Source: Octopus sinensis (lineage: Eukaryota). Taken from it: a stretch of DNA of 55,849 nucleotides. Where the stretch lies: the NCBI RefSeq assembly GCF_006345805.1, contig NW_021833779.1, positions 1 through 55,849 on the forward strand. Direction: 5' to 3'. The notes under the pieces were generated by a model that was not told the DNA's origin, ran no database searches, and saw only the letters and a program-made list of their open reading frames with translations. Both the position numbers and the translations under genes were made by a program. This document shows, piece by piece, positions 11,835-25,076 of this stretch (the first letter of the stretch is position 1; each line of letters opens with the position of its first letter).

Positions 11835-11915
11835 TAAATTTGAAACATATTTGCAATATTGTCCATTTGTAAATTTATAAGAAAAAGCATGTCCAGTTTT
11901 TATTTTTGTTCACTG
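11835..11915 (-). mobile_element. Tc1-like transposon right end
   Basis: TTTTTATTTTTGTTCACTG + TA, the inverse of the left terminal repeat. Confidence 0.85.
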
Positions 11916-12146
11916 TAGCTTGTTCATGGTTATAGGTTTTTGTTTGTTTTCCTACTATTTATTAATTATCCAACAAATCCGAATTGAACAATTTTTAATT
12001 ATATTTTTTCTAAAATACACAACTAGTATCTTCTTTTTATCTAAACGAGGTGCAACATTACATTTTCTACAAACTTCAACAAAAAATTTAAAAATTGTCT
12101 CAGAGTTATACAAACAATAAATCATTTTTTTATTTAAAAAAACAAG

Positions 12147-12556
12147 TTATGTTTTTTCACCTCGAATTCTTCTCGATAAATGCATATCGTTTGGCATTAT
12201 AGTTACTCTTTTTCCGTGAATTGCGCACAAATTACTGTCTTCAAAAATTCCAACTAGGTAACTCTCTGCCGCTTCTTGGAGAGCGACAATCGCTGACGAT
12301 TGAAAACGCAATCAGTTTTGATAAACTGAGCGGTTTCTCTCACGAGTCTCTGGAATGGAAGTTTTCGTAGTAACAAATCAGTGCTCTTTTGATATCGTCT
12401 AATTTCTCGCATTGCAACAACTCCAGGTCGAAATCGATGAGGTTTCTTTACTCCTCCAAATTGTGAAACAGACTTGCGAGCAGATTTTGCAGACAACTGT
12501 TTCCTTGGTACTTTTGCACCAGTAGATTTTCGAGCCGTTTGTTTTGTTCTAGCCAT
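12147..12556 (-). CDS. H3: Histone H3 (subtype 1; single 1-nt deletion near 12311, probably a read error)
   Basis: Collinear with the intact H3 at 51456-51866. Confidence 0.93.
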
Positions 12557-12589
12557 ATTTTATTATTTCAGAAAACAATGACAATGCCA

Positions 12590-12665
12590 GTATAGTAAAA
12601 AAAGACATCATTCCGAAATTTTTTCGAGTGATGCAAAAAAGTATTATTCCGAAAATTTTTTGGTT
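12590..12665 (-). promoter_or_regulatory. H3 promoter motif pair
   Basis: aaaagacatcattccgaaattttt and aaaaaagtattattccgaaaattttt. Confidence 0.7.
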
Positions 12666-12728
12666 AAATTACTCATCATTATTTTTTATCTTCAATCAAT
12701 TATTAATGTTAAAAAATTTGGAATATAG

Positions 12729-13025
12729 TTATACAGTGTAAGAAAAACTGATGGCAATCCTGTTTCCCCTCACTATTGCTTGGGACATGTTCTGGAGGAG
12801 CCATCTAGTCTCCAGAGGATTGTGTGTTCTCAAGGTCTTGAGACGTCCAATACACTTGAGAAAGCTCAACGACTCCTTCCCAATCGATCCCAGGGTTTCG
12901 ACAGCAACCGGCCAGAAAACGTAACGATCGGTGAGGCCATCATATTTCTTCTTCTTGATGTCCTCTGCTTTATCCGCAGCTGTGCCGGCATAGCAGGCAC
13001 TTTCCAACATGTTTGTCTTGGACAA
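12729..13025 (-). pseudogene. CRE-like non-LTR retrotransposon RLE/C-terminal remnant 1
   Basis: AGTAADKAEDIKKKKY...FWPVAVETLGSIG...LLQNMSQAIVRGN resembles the C-terminus of CRE-clade elements (motif recall). Confidence 0.7.
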
Positions 13026-13193
13026 GGATTCGGAACATGTTGAATCCCCCTCAGCATTATTAAAATTAAATATTTTTAAAATAATATTTTATTAGCACCA
13101 TCAAATAATTGTAACTATTGCTTAAATTGATGAATTTTGCGAGATTACAGACTAAATTACTAGTTAATCAATTAAACAAAAAGCAGAGAACGA

Positions 13194-13375
13194 TCAGATC
13201 CCGGTCAAAAGAATAGCTTGCAAGTTGTCGCGCATGATTGTAACCGAGATCCTCTGTTTCAGCCAAGAAGATTCGCGTGCATACATGTTTCTCCGAGCTA
13301 TAAGGAGCCCGACATCTTTTAAGAACTTGGATGTTTGAGAAGGCTGCGGAGGTCTCGAATGGCAAAGGAACAATT
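13194..13375 (-). pseudogene. CRE-like remnant 2 in the H2B 3' flank (also about 29658-29835, 33733-33915, 52131-52315)
   Basis: IVPLAFE...FLK...WLRQRISGTIMRGN in the clean copy. Confidence 0.65.
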
Positions 13376-13443
13376 ACTAGTTAGATTTCGATTGTTGCAA
13401 TAGTTATTTAGAGAACAAATGAATAAAAATTATTTTTAAAGTG

Positions 13444-13508
13444 TTATTTTGTATTTGTGTACTTAGTAACTGCCTTTGCACCTTCTGTAATAGCATGTTT
13501 TGCCAATT
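13444..13508 (-). pseudogene. H2B: H2B 3' fragment ([20 protein letters not shown]), 5' part deleted at the junction with LINE B1
   Basis: Matches 29905-29969. Short aatt microhomology with the B 3'UTR. Confidence 0.9.
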
Positions 13509-15932
13509 AATTTTGACGAGACGATTGCTTTGGGCATTCGAGCTCTTCCATGGTTCGTCCGCTTTGTCTGTCTATGAGCAGGGACACCTGCTATTCTCCA
13601 CGATCGATGAATAGGTCAGTTACTTTAGAGCGTTTCCGAAAAGTTCGGATAGAAGCCTCGATGGCCTGCCGTAGCTCTGGAGACTTGCTCTCCGCCCAGC
13701 TTGGGACAGGCTCCCATGGATTTAGCATATAGGCTAGTTTTAGAGCGTATCTCCGTATTTTTTCGCATTTTCGCAGAATTTTCTCATATTGTTTCGAGTA
13801 GAACCAAGCTTCCATACCATACAGTAGGCTGGGCAAGATTGTTGCATGGTATACAAATAGGAAGGTATTTGGATTCAAGTGCATGCTTCTTAGGAGTCGG
13901 AGAGCGGCGATGGCTTTCCCTTTTCTCCGTTTGAAATGCAAATGGTATCTCGAGTTTGCGTCGATTGTGAGCCCCAGGTAACGTATGCTCTCAGGGCGAG
14001 CAATTTCCACCAAAAGCCGGGTTTGCGATCTTGCGACTTTCTTGGGTTAATTTGGAGATATGCAGATTTGTCCATGGCCAGCGAGAGTCGCTTACCAATG
14101 CACCAATTCTTTATCTCCTCAATGTAGCCGGCAAGTCGTTTCTCCGAGGCATTGGTGTCCATCGAGGTGTCCAGAACGAGAACATCGTCCGCGTAGAGGA
14201 GTAGGGATGTCCTGGGATCGGAGGGTGTGGGGAAACTGCTCATTACCAAATTGAAAAAGATTGGGCTGAGACAGGACCCCTGTGGAACCCCCCTTCGGAG
14301 CGAAATATATCTTGAGAAGAAGCCCGACTCAGAGATAAAAGAGTAGCGATTTGAGAGGAAGCAGCGCATCCAGAGGAAGACTTCCGCTGTTGGCTCACAG
14401 AGTTCGATCCTTTCCAGGAGGTCTCTGTGCCAGACGCTGTCAAAAGCCTTTGAGATGTCCAGACTACAAGAGATAAAGTTTCTTTAAACTCCGTTGCTCT
14501 CGAGATGGTGGACTGTACCGTAATGAAACAGTCACCGCAGCTACGTCCAGAGCGAAAACCCCATTGCTGCGGGAGCAGCACTTTCTTCTCTTCGGCGTGG
14601 AAGTCGAGGCGCTTGGCCATAATTTTCTCCATCAGCCTTGAGATAGTTGGGATTAGGCTTATGGGACGGTAGCTGCTAGCGAGATTCACCGGTTTCGCAG
14701 GCTTTTTGATCATCCGGACCTCTGAGATTTTCCATTTTTCCGGCACATGGCCCCATTTGAGACTTGCCGTAAACAGATCCGCGAGGAACACATGTAGGTC
14801 TTCGGGTGCTTCCTTAAACAATCGCATCGGTATTTGTCATGGCCCGGTGCGTTGCCTTTTGACGAACGGATGGCCCAGGTCACCTCTGCAATGGTGATCG
14901 GGTGATGGTCCGGCGACAGTGGGCGCGGCAGTGGCTCCGACTCCCGGTTTTGCGACGTTTCCGGATTGGCCTCCTGGATAGTGGCCAGGTGTTCTGCAAA
15001 TATGTTTGGCATCTCTTGTGGCGAGGCGGGCATACCAGACTGGTTGCACAACCTCGGGGGTGAGGATTTTCCTTCGAGGTTAGCCACTTTGTGGAAACAG
15101 TCCCAGAAATTTGGGTTTCTGTAGTCCAGGTTTTGACAAGCCTTCTGCCATTCCTGGCTGCTTCCAGCTTTGTCGCGACGTGGATCTTATAACCAATTCC
15201 GAGATCATGTTCCTAAGTCTTCCCCTGTCAGCTGGGTCCACACAGCGTTTGAGTTTATTTCTCAGCCGCTTCCTTTCGTTGAGGATGATCTTCACTTTCA
15301 CGCTCAGAGTGGTCCTCCGTGCGCGGTCTGCACTTGACAATTCTCCGTACGACGTTAGATACTGAAGCATGAATTTGCTTAGCTTATCGCTTGCGGAGTC
15401 GATGTCGAGGGCTGAGTTATACCCAACAGGGCGACCGTTGTCGTGCAGGAATGCACTTATGGAGCTCCTGTAGTGTGGCCAGTTGATCTTTGAGAGATTG
15501 TAGTGAGAGGAAATGTGTTCTTGTCTAACAATGCTAGTGTGAATTTTGATCTCCATTGGTAGGTGGTCACTTCCGATATCGTCAAGGACTGTAGGCTTTT
15601 CCATAAGGTTAGCGACAGAGTGAGAACAGATGCACAGGCACAGGTTGTCCCCGCCAAAGGCGAGTGGTGGTTCGGGTCTTCGGATGTCCTGACGAAAACA
15701 CCAAGCTTGTCAGTGACCTTCTTCAGTGTTCGACCATCTTGGTTGGTTAACCGACATCCAAACGCCGTGTGCTTCGAGTTTAAGTCTCCGATAAGAAGGC
15801 AATGAGCTGTGCTTGAGAAGAATTCGTCAATCAATCTGATGCAGGGGGGGAGATATTTGCAATATTTCCACCGACCTTATCCAGAAGGAATCAGTTTTCA
15901 CCTCAAGAGAGAGGAATTCGCACACCGTGCTC
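13509..15932 (-). mobile_element. LINE B copy B1, 5'-truncated in the endonuclease, 3' tail deleted
   Basis: RT motifs (GVPQGSCLSP, YADD). Near-identical to B2-B4. Confidence 0.92.
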
Positions 15933-15952
15933 CAGAAGGAATTTGTATGTCC

Positions 15953-18444
15953 GAACGAACGAACGAAGAATTTTATTGTAAGAAAGAAGAGCGAGACAGA
16001 AAATTAGTGCGGAAGTAATTTTGACGAGACGATTGCTTTGGGCATTCGAGCTCTTCCATGGTTCGTCCGCTTTGTCTGTCTATGAGCAGGGACACCTGCT
16101 ATTCTCCACGATCGATGAATAGGTCAGTTACTTTAGAGCGTTTCCGAAAAGTTCGGATAGAAGCCTCGATGGCCTGCCGTAGCTCTGGAGACTTGCTCTC
16201 CGCCCAGCTGGGACAGGCTCCCATGGATTTAGCATATAGGCTAGTTTTAGAGCGTATCTCCGTATTTTTTCGCATTTTCGCAGAATTTTCTCATATTGTT
16301 TCGAGTAGAACCAAGCTTCCATACCATACAGTAGGCTGGGCAAGATTGTTGCATGGTATACAATAGGAAGGTATTTGGATTCAAGTGCATGCTTCTTAGG
16401 AGTCGGAGAGCGGCGATGGCTTTCCCTTTTCTCCGTTTGAAATGCAAATGGTATCTCGAGTTTGCGTCGATTGTGAGCCCCAGTAACGTATGCTCTCAGG
16501 GCGAGCAATTTCCACCAAAGAGCCGGGTTTGCGATCTTGCGACTTTCTTGGGTTAATTTGGAGATATGCAGATTTGTCCATGGCCAGCGAGAGTCGCTTA
16601 CCAATGCACCAATTCTTTATCTCCTCAATGTAGCCGGCAAGTCGTTTCTCCGAGGCATTGGTGTCCATCGAGGTGTCCAGAACGAGAACATCGTCCGCGT
16701 AGAGGAGTAGGGATGTCCTGGGATCGGAGGGTGTGGGGAAACTGCTCATTACCAAATTGAAAAAGATTGGGCTGAGACAGGACCCCTGTGGAACCCCCCT
16801 TCGGAGCGAAATATATCTTGAGAAGAAGCCCGACTCAGAGATAAAAGAGTAGCGATTTGAGAGGAAGCAGCGCATCCAGAGGAAGACTTCCGCTGTTGGC
16901 TCACAGAGTTCGATCCTTTCCAGGAGGTCTCTGTGCCAGACGCTGTCAAAAGCCTTTGAGATGTCCAGACATACAAGAGATAAGTTTCTTTAAACTCCGT
17001 TGCTCTCGAGATGGTGGACTGTACCGTAATGAAACAGTCACCGCAGCTACGTCCAGAGCGAAAACCCCATTGCTGCGGGAGCAGCACTTTCTTCTCTTCG
17101 GCGTGGAAGTCGAGGCGCTTGGCCATAATTTTCTCCATCAGCCTTGAGATAGTTGGGATTAGGCTTATGGGACGGTAGCTGCTAGCGAGAGATTCACCGG
17201 TTTCGCAGGCTTTTTGATCATCCGGACCTCTGAGATTTTCCATTTTTCCGGCACATGGCCCCATTTGAGACTTGCCGTAAACAGATCCGCGAGGAACACA
17301 TGTAGGTCTTCGGGTGCTTCCTTAAACAATCGCATCGGTATTTTGTCATGGCCCGGTGCGTTGCCTTTTGACGAACGGATGGCCCAGGTCACCTCTGCAA
17401 TGGTGATCGGGTGATGGTCCGGCGACAGTGGGCGCGGCAGTGGCTCCGACTCCCGGTTTTGCGACGTTTCCGGATTGGCCTCCTGGATAGTGGCCAGGTG
17501 TTCTGCAAATATGTTTGGCATCTCTTGTGGCGAGGCGGGCATACCAGACTGGTTGCACAACTCGGGGGTGAGGATTTTCCTTCGAGGTTAGCCACTTTGT
17601 GGAAACAGTCCCAGAAATTTGGGTTTCTGTAGTCCAGGTTTTGACAAGCCTTCTGCCATTTCCTGGCTGCTTCCAGCTTTGTCGCGACGTGGATCTTATA
17701 ACCAATTTCCGAGATCATGTTCCTAAGTCTTCCCCTGTCAGCTGGGTCCACACAGCGTTTGAGTTTATTTCTCAGCCGCTTCTTTCGTTGAGGATGATCT
17801 TCACTTTCACGCTCAGAGTGGTCCTCCGTGCGCGGTCTGCACTTGACAATTCTCCGTACGACGTTAGATACTGAAGCATGAATTTGCTTAGCTTATCGCT
17901 TGCGGAGTCGATGTCGAGGGCTGAGTTATACCCAACAGGGCGACCGTTGTCGTGCAGGAATGCACTTATGGAGCTCCTGTAGTGTGGCCAGTTGATCTTT
18001 GAGAGATTGTAGTGAGAGGAAATGTGTTCTTGTCTAACAATGCTAGTGTGAATTTTGATCTCCATTGGTAGGTGGTCACTTCCGATATCGTCAAGGACTG
18101 TAGGCTTTTCCATAAGGTTAGCGACAGAGTGAGAACAGATGCACAGGCACAGGTTGTCCCCGCCAAAGGGCGAGTGGTGGTTCGGGTCTTCGGATGTCCT
18201 GACGAAAACACCAAGCTTGTCAGTGACCTTCTTCAGTGTTCGACCATCTTGGTTGGTTAACCGACATCCAAACGCCGTGTGCTTCGAGTTTAAGTCTCCG
18301 ATAAGAAGGCAATGAGCTGTGCTTGAGAAGAATTCGTCAATCAATCTGATGCAGGGGGGGAGATATTTGCAATATATTCCACCGACCTTTATCCAGAAGG
18401 AATCAGTTTTCACCTCAAGAGAGAGGAATTCGCACACCGTGCTC
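15953..18444 (-). mobile_element. LINE B copy B2, 5'-truncated, AATAAA + (TTCG)n tail
   Basis: Flanked by atttgtatgtcc at 15941-15952 and 18453-18464. Confidence 0.92.
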
Positions 18445-18464
18445 CAGAAGGAATTTGTATGTCC

Positions 18465-20947
18465 GAACGAACGAACGAAGAATTTTATTGTAAGAAAGAA
18501 GAGCGAGACAGAAAATTAGTGCGGAAAGTAATTTTGACGAGACGATTGCTTTGGGCATTCGAGCTCTTCCATGGTTCGTCCGCTTTGTCTGTCTATGAGC
18601 AGGGACACCTGCTATTCTCCACGATCGATGAATAGGTCAGTTACTTTAGAGCGTTTCCGAAAAGTTCGGATAGAAGCCTCGATGGCCTGCCGTAGCTCTG
18701 GAGACTTGCTCTCCGCCCAGCTTGGGACAGGCTCCCATGGATTTAGCATATAGGCTAGTTTTAGAGCGTATCTCCGTATTTTTTCGCATTTTCGCAGAAT
18801 TTTTTCATATTGTTTCGAGTAGAACCAAGCTTCCATACCATACAGTAGGCTGGGCAAGATTGTTGCATGGTATACAAATAGGAAGGTATTTGGATTCAAG
18901 TGCATGTCTTAGGAGTCGGAGAGCGGCGATGGCTTTCCCTTTTCTCCGTTTGAAATGCAATGGTATCTCGAGTTTGCGTCGATTGTGAGCCCCAGGTAAC
19001 GTATGCTCTCAGGGCGAGCAATTTCCACCAGAGAGCCGGGTTTGCGATCTTGCGACTTTCTTGGGTTAATTTGGAGATATGCAGATTTGTCCATGGCCAG
19101 CGAGAGTCGCTTACCAATGCACCAATTCTTTATCTCCTCAATGTAGCCGGCAAGTCGTTTCTCCGAGGCATTGGTGTCCATCGAGGTGTCCAGAACGAGA
19201 ACATCGTCCGCGTAGAGGAGTAGGGATGTCCTGGGATCGGAGGGTGTGGGGAAACTGCTCATTACCAAATTGAAAAAGATTGGGCTGAGACAGGACCCCT
19301 GCGGAATCCCCCTTCGGAGCGAAATATATCTTGAGAAGAAGCCCGACTCAGAGATAAAAGAGTAGCGATTTGAGAGGAAGCAGCGCATCCAGAGGAAGAC
19401 TTCCGCTGTTGGCTCACAGAGTTCGATCCTTTCCAGGAGGTCTCTGTGCCAGACGCTGTCAAAAGCCTTTGAGATGTCCAGACATACAAGAGATAAAGTT
19501 TCTTTAAACTCCGTTGCTCGAGAGATGGTGGACTGTACCGTAATGAAACAGTCACCGCAGCTACGTCCAGAGCGAAAACCCCATTGCGCGGGAGCAGCAC
19601 TTTCTTCTCTTCGGCGTGGAAGTCGAGGCGCTTGGCCATAATTTTCTCCATCAGCCTTGAGATAGTTGGGATTAGGCTTATGGGACGGTAGCTGCTAGCG
19701 AGATTCACCGGTTTCGCAGGCTTTTTGATCATCCGGACCTCTGAGATTTTCCATTTTTTCGGCACATGGCCCCATTTGAGACTTGCCGTAAACAGATCCG
19801 CGAGGAACACATGTAGGTCTTCGGGTGCTTCCTTAAACAAATCGCATCGGTATTTTGTCATGGCCCGGTGCGTTGCCTTTTGACGAACGGATGGCCCAGT
19901 CACCTCTGCAATGGTGATCGGGTGATGGTCCGGCGACAGTGGGCGCGGCAGTGGCTCCGACTCCCGGTTTTGCGACGTTTCCGGATTGGCTCCTGGATAG
20001 TGGCCAGGTGTTCTGCAAAATATGTTTGGCATCTCTTGTGGCGAGGCGGGCATACCAGACTGGTTTGCACAACTCGGGGGTGAGGATTTTCCTTCGAGGT
20101 TAGCCACTTTGTGGAAACAGTCCCAGAAATTTGGGTTTCTGTAGTCCAGGTTTTGACAAGCCTTCTGCCATTTCCTGGCTGCTTCCAGCTTTGTCGCGAC
20201 GTGGATCTTATAACCAATTCCGAGATCATGTTCCTAAGTCTTCCCCTGTCAGCTGGGTCCACACAGCGTTTGAGTTTATTTCTCAGCCGCTTCCTTTCGT
20301 TGAGGATGATCTTCACTTTCACGCTCAGAGTGGTCCTCCGTGCGCGGTCTGCACTTGACAATTTCCGTACGACGTTAGATACTGAAGCATGAATTTGCTT
20401 AGCTATCGCTTGCGGAGTCGATGTCGAGGGCTGAGTTATACAACAGGGCGACCGTTGTCGTGCAGGAATGCACTTATGAGCTCCTGTAGTGTGGCCAGTT
20501 GATCTTTGAGAGATTGTAGTGAGAGGAAATGTGTTCTTGTCTAACAATGCTAGTGTGAATTTTGATCTCCATTGGTAGGTGGTCACTTCCGATATCGTCA
20601 AGGACTGTAGGCTTTTCCATAAGGTTAGCGACAGAGTGAGAACAGATGCACAGGCACAGGTTGTCCCCGCCAAAGGGCGAGTGGTGGTTCGGGTCTTCGG
20701 ATGTCCTGACGAAAACACCAAGCTTGTCAGTGACCTTCTTCAGTGTTCGACCATCTTGGTTGGTAACCGACATCCAAACGCCGTGTGCTTCGAGTTTAAG
20801 TCTCCGATAAGAAGGCAATGAGCTGTGCTTGAGAAGAATTCGTCAATCAATCTGATGCAGGGGGGGAGATATTTGCAATATATTCACCGACCTTTATCCG
20901 AAGGAATCAGTTTCACCTCAAGAGAGAGGAATTCGCACACCGTGCTC
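18465..20947 (-). mobile_element. LINE B copy B3, same truncation point as B1 and B2
   Basis: Flanked by atttgtatgtcc at 18453-18464 and 20956-20967. The repeat period is about 2.51 kb. Confidence 0.92.
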
Positions 20948-21114
20948 CAGAAGGAATTTGTATGTCCGAACGAACACGAAGAAGAATTTTATTGTAAGAA
21001 AGAAGAGCGAGACAGAAAATTAGTGCGGAAAGTAATTTTGACGAGACGATTGCTTGGGCATTCGAGCTCTTCCATGGTTCGTCCGCTTTGTCTGTCTATG
21101 AGCAGGGACACCTG

Positions 21115-23712
21115 CTATTCTCCACGATCGATGAATAGGTCAGTTACTTTAGAGCGTTTCCGAAAAGTTCGGATAGAAGCCTCGATGGCCTGCCGTAGCT
21201 CTGGAGACTTGCTCTCCGCCCAGCTTGGGACAGGCTCCCATGGATTTAGCATATAGGCTAGTTTTAGAGCGTATCTCCGTATTTTTTCGCATTTTCGCAG
21301 AATTTTCTCATATTGTTTCGAGTAGAACCAAGCTTCCATACCATACAGTAGGCTGGGCAAGATTGTTGCATGGTATACAAATAGGAAGGTATTTGGATTC
21401 AAGTGCATGCTTCTTAGGAGTCGGAGAGCGGCGATGGCTTTCCCTTTTCTCCGTTTGAAATGCAAATGGTATCTCGAGTTTGCGTCGATTGTGAGCCCCA
21501 GGTAACGTATGCTCTCAGGGCGAGCAATTTCCACCAGAGGCCGGGTTTGCGATCTTGCGACTTTCTTGGGGTAATTTGGAGATATGCAGATTTGTCCATG
21601 GCCAGCGAGAGTCGCTTACCAATGCACCAATTCTTATCTCCTCAATGTAGCCGGCAAGTCGTTTCTCCGAGGCATTGGTGTCCATCGAGGTGTCCAGAAC
21701 GAGAACATCGTCCGCGTAGAGGAGTAGGGATGTCCTGGGATCGGAGGGTGTGGGGAAACTGCTCATTACCAAATTGAAAAAGATTGGGCTGAGACAGGAC
21801 CCTGCGGAATCCCCCTTCGGAGCGAAATATCTTGAGAAGAAGCCCGACTCAGAGATAAAAGAGTAGCGATTTGAGAGGAAGCAGCGCATCCAGAGGAAGA
21901 CTTCCGCTGTTGGCTCACAGAGTTCGATCCTTTCCAGGAGGTCTCTGTGCCAGACGCTGTCAAAAGCCTTTGAGATGTCCAGACATACAAGAGATAAAGT
22001 TTCTTTAAACTCCGTTGCTCTCGAGATGGTGGACTGTACCGTAATGAAACAGTCACCGCAGCTACGTCCAGAGCGAAAACCCCATTGCTGCGGGAGCAGC
22101 ACTTTCTTCTCTTCGGCGTGGAAGTCGAGGCGCTTGGCCATAATTTTCTCCATCAGCCTTGAGATAGTTGGGATTAGGCTTATGGGACGGTAGCTGCTAG
22201 CGAGATTCACCGGTTTCGCAGGCTTTTTGATCATCCGGACCTCTGAGATTTTCCATTTTTCCGGCACATGGCCCCATTTGAGACTTGCCGTAAACAGATC
22301 CGCGAGGAACACATGTAGGTCTTCGGGTGCTTCCTTAAACAATCGCATCGGTATTTTGTCATGGCCCGGTGCGTTGCCTTTTGACGAACGGATGGCCCAG
22401 GTCACCTCTGCAATGGTGATCGGGTGATGGTCCGCGACAGTGGGCGCGGCAGTGGCTCCGACTCCCGGTTTTGCGACGTTTCCGGATTGGCCTCCTGGAT
22501 AGTGGCCAGGTGTTCTGCAAATATGTTTGGCATCTCTTGTGGCGAGGCGGGCATACCAGACTGGTTGCACAACCTCGGGGGTGAGGATTTTCCTTCGAGG
22601 TTAGCCACTTTGTGGAAACAGTCCCAGAAATTTGGTTTCTGTAGTCCAGGTTTTGACAAGCCTTCTGCCATTTCCTGGCTGCTTCCAGCTTTGTCGCGAC
22701 GTGGATCTTATAACCAATTCCGAGATCATGTTCCTAAGTCTTCCCCTGTCAGCTGGGTCCACACAGCGTTTGAGTTTATTTCTCAGCCGCTTCCTTTCGT
22801 TGAGGATGATCTTCACTTTCACGCTCAGAGTGGTCCTCCGTGCGCGGTCTGCACTTGACAATTCTCCGTACGACGTTAGATACTGAAGCATGAATTTGCT
22901 TAGCTTATCGCTTGCGGAGTCGATGTCGAGGGCTGAGTTATACCCAACAGGGCGACCGTTGTCGTGCAGGAATGCACTTATGGAGCTCCTGTAGTGTGGC
23001 CAGTTGATCTTTGAGAGATTGTAGTGAGAGGAAATGTGTTCTTGTCTAACAATGCTAGTGTGAATTTTGATCTCCATTGGTAGGTGGTCACTTCCGATAT
23101 CGTCAAGGACTGTAGGCTTTCCATAAGGTTAGCGACAGAGTGAGAACAGATGCACAGGCACAGGTTGTCCCCGCCAAAGGGGAGTGAGTGGTGGTTCGGG
23201 TCTTCGGATGTCCTGACGAAAACACCAAGCTTGTCAGTGACCTTCTTCAGTGTTCGACCATCTTGGTTGGTTAACCGACATCCAAACGCCGTGTGCTTCG
23301 AGTTTAAGTCTCCGATAAGAAGGCAATGAGCTGTGCTTGAGAAGAATTCGTCAATCAATCTGATGCAGGGGGGGAGATATTTGCAATATATTCCACCGAC
23401 CTTTATCCAAAAGGAATCAGTTTTCATCTCAAGAGAGAGGAATTCGCACACCGTGCTCTCGATGATGGTGAGGTTACGGATTTGGAGGTTTTCGGCGTAG
23501 AAGATGCTCGAGCCAGTCCCTGGCGTAGAGCAGCTTCCCCATTTTAGATCCTCTGACCGGTAGCCCGGAAGTTCGTACGAGTGGTTTTCTTTGAGCTTAG
23601 ACTCGTTGACGACAATAATGTCTGGATGGCCGCTGTTTACCATCTCAACGAAGTCCTGGTGCCGTCTCTTGATAGATCGGGCATTCACAGCTATGATTTT
23701 GACTGGGGCTAT
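21115..23712 (-). CDS. LINE B ORF2 (APE + RT), fragmented by indels; no AUG at the expected start
   Basis: IIAVNARS, VNESK, IGDLNSKH, GSDHLP, LDISKAFDSV, YADD. Confidence 0.88.
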
Positions 23713-24990
23713 GTTGCTGGCGTGCTCCCCTCTAATAGGAGCCGTTGCAGCACCTCAGGTTCCACACCAAGTTTGGTTAGAGCTCCCACACAACGATGAA
23801 AGAATTCCATAAGGGAGTCTCTGTTGTGCAGGTCTTCGTCCGAGAGGGCACCTCTTTGCGATGAGATATTGTCTGGAGGGGTGTTTGTCTTCTTGCGAGC
23901 AGCAGCCGTGCGGCCAGCTCTGGTACTGGAACAAGTGTCAGCCGTCGGCTTCGGGTCGAGTTTAAAATCAAAGTCGGAGTCCGCCGATGTCTGAATGCAG
24001 ACATCAGTCTTGATCGGATTCACAACTGGCCTCTTTGTCCAGATCGACTCTGTGCGTTCGGCTTTCACCCAGCGAGCTGGGTTGCTGGCCGGCGGATTTC
24101 TCACAGCCCGTAAGGCTGCAGACGCGGCTTTGGCGAATGGGCATCCACCGTAACATGCCCAGTGTCCAGGACTGTTGCAGTTTATGCAGGTCTTGACAGC
24201 AGGGTCATTTGGTCTGGGGTCTGAGTTCGGACACACTATTGTGTCGGTGTTCGCCACAGACCAAGCAACGAACTTTTTCGGTGCACTTATGGGACGTGTG
24301 TCCAAATTGGTGACACCGAAAGCATCTGACTGCCGGGGGCTTGTGCCATTCACATCGGATATGGCTGAAGCCCGCAGTTATTCCAAAGCGGATGAGGGTG
24401 TTGGCCTCTGCTCTGGAATCCAGGGTGAGTCTGCCGACAGGCATGTCTGTTCCATTGCGAGAGAATCTTTCGAACTTGAAGTCCGATTCTAGACTTTCTC
24501 TCAAGTGGAGGTTAAGATCCTCTGTCGAGATCCAATGAGGGATTCCTTTAAGGATCAAGACTGAGGCCTTCTCAGCTATTGAGGCAAGTTTATGGCCGCC
24601 TTCGCCAAACATATTCGATTGAGTCAGCTCTGCTTTGAACGCAGCAGCATCCTCGGGCGATCTGAATTTTAGAATGAAGGTGCCGGACTTCTGCAAAGTT
24701 ATCCGAGCTTGGAGAGGCAGTTAGCGACTTGGATAGGAGGTTAAACCTCTTGATCTTTCCAAGCGTCGGGTTTTCAATACTCAAGGAATATGTGAGGGTC
24801 TCATGGGGTGGGTCTCACTCTGTTTTTGGGGCCCAGTAGGCTTCGGCAGTTCTGTGGGATCCTCAGCTTTGATTGGTTCACAAAAGGGCTGTGGCTTTGC
24901 CGCTGTTCGTCTTTGAGCTTTGGCGCAAGCTTTGATTGATGAGAGATTTTGATTATTCTTGACCATTTTTTCTTTCTTTTCCTTGACCAT
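23709..24990 (-). CDS. LINE B ORF1 (gag-like, CCHC knuckles), fragmented by indels
   Basis: Collinear with the intact ORF at 46452-47753. CFRCHQFGHTSHKC and CINCNSPGHWACYGGC knuckles. Confidence 0.87.
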
Positions 24991-25050
24991 GATATTCAAT
25001 CCGATATTCAATCCGATATTCAATCCGATATTCAATCCGATATTCAATCC
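24991..25050. repeat. 5 x 12-bp perfect tandem repeat (gatattcaatcc) directly 5' of the B4 ORF1 ATG
   Basis: Five exact units counted in the sequence. Confidence 0.97.
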
Positions 25051-25076
25051 TGTATAATTTATCCACCAAATCCGTA
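25051..25076 (-). other. 26-nt exact copy of the H4 3' end (YGFGG-stop + 8 nt of UTR) inside the B4 TSD
   Basis: tgtataatttatccaccaaatccgta = 479-504. Confidence 0.93.

Larger units (their letters stand above)
20968..25075 (-). mobile_element. LINE B copy B4, full-length, with a 12-bp target-site duplication
   Basis: TSD atttgtatgtcc at 20956-20967 and 25076-25087. Both ORF1 and ORF2 are present. Confidence 0.93.

Noticed and set aside
1574-11915. Composite Tc1 transposon carrying three LINE A copies between two intact terminal repeats
   Set aside because: An H3 promoter lies inside the interval, so the two ends most likely come from adjacent repeat units joined by deletions. The flanks are the ordinary unit flanks, with no sign of joint mobilisation.
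24900-24990. Lys-rich B/B' ORF1 N-terminus as histone-derived (e.g. H1)
   Set aside because: I found no nucleotide or clear peptide match to any histone in the window, and there is no H1 here to compare.
24991-25050. 12-bp repeats as a CRISPR-like array or an LNIG-repeat protein extension
   Set aside because: There are no spacers and the context is eukaryotic. The ORF-track start is a TTG, and the homologous B' ORF starts at the MVKE ATG.
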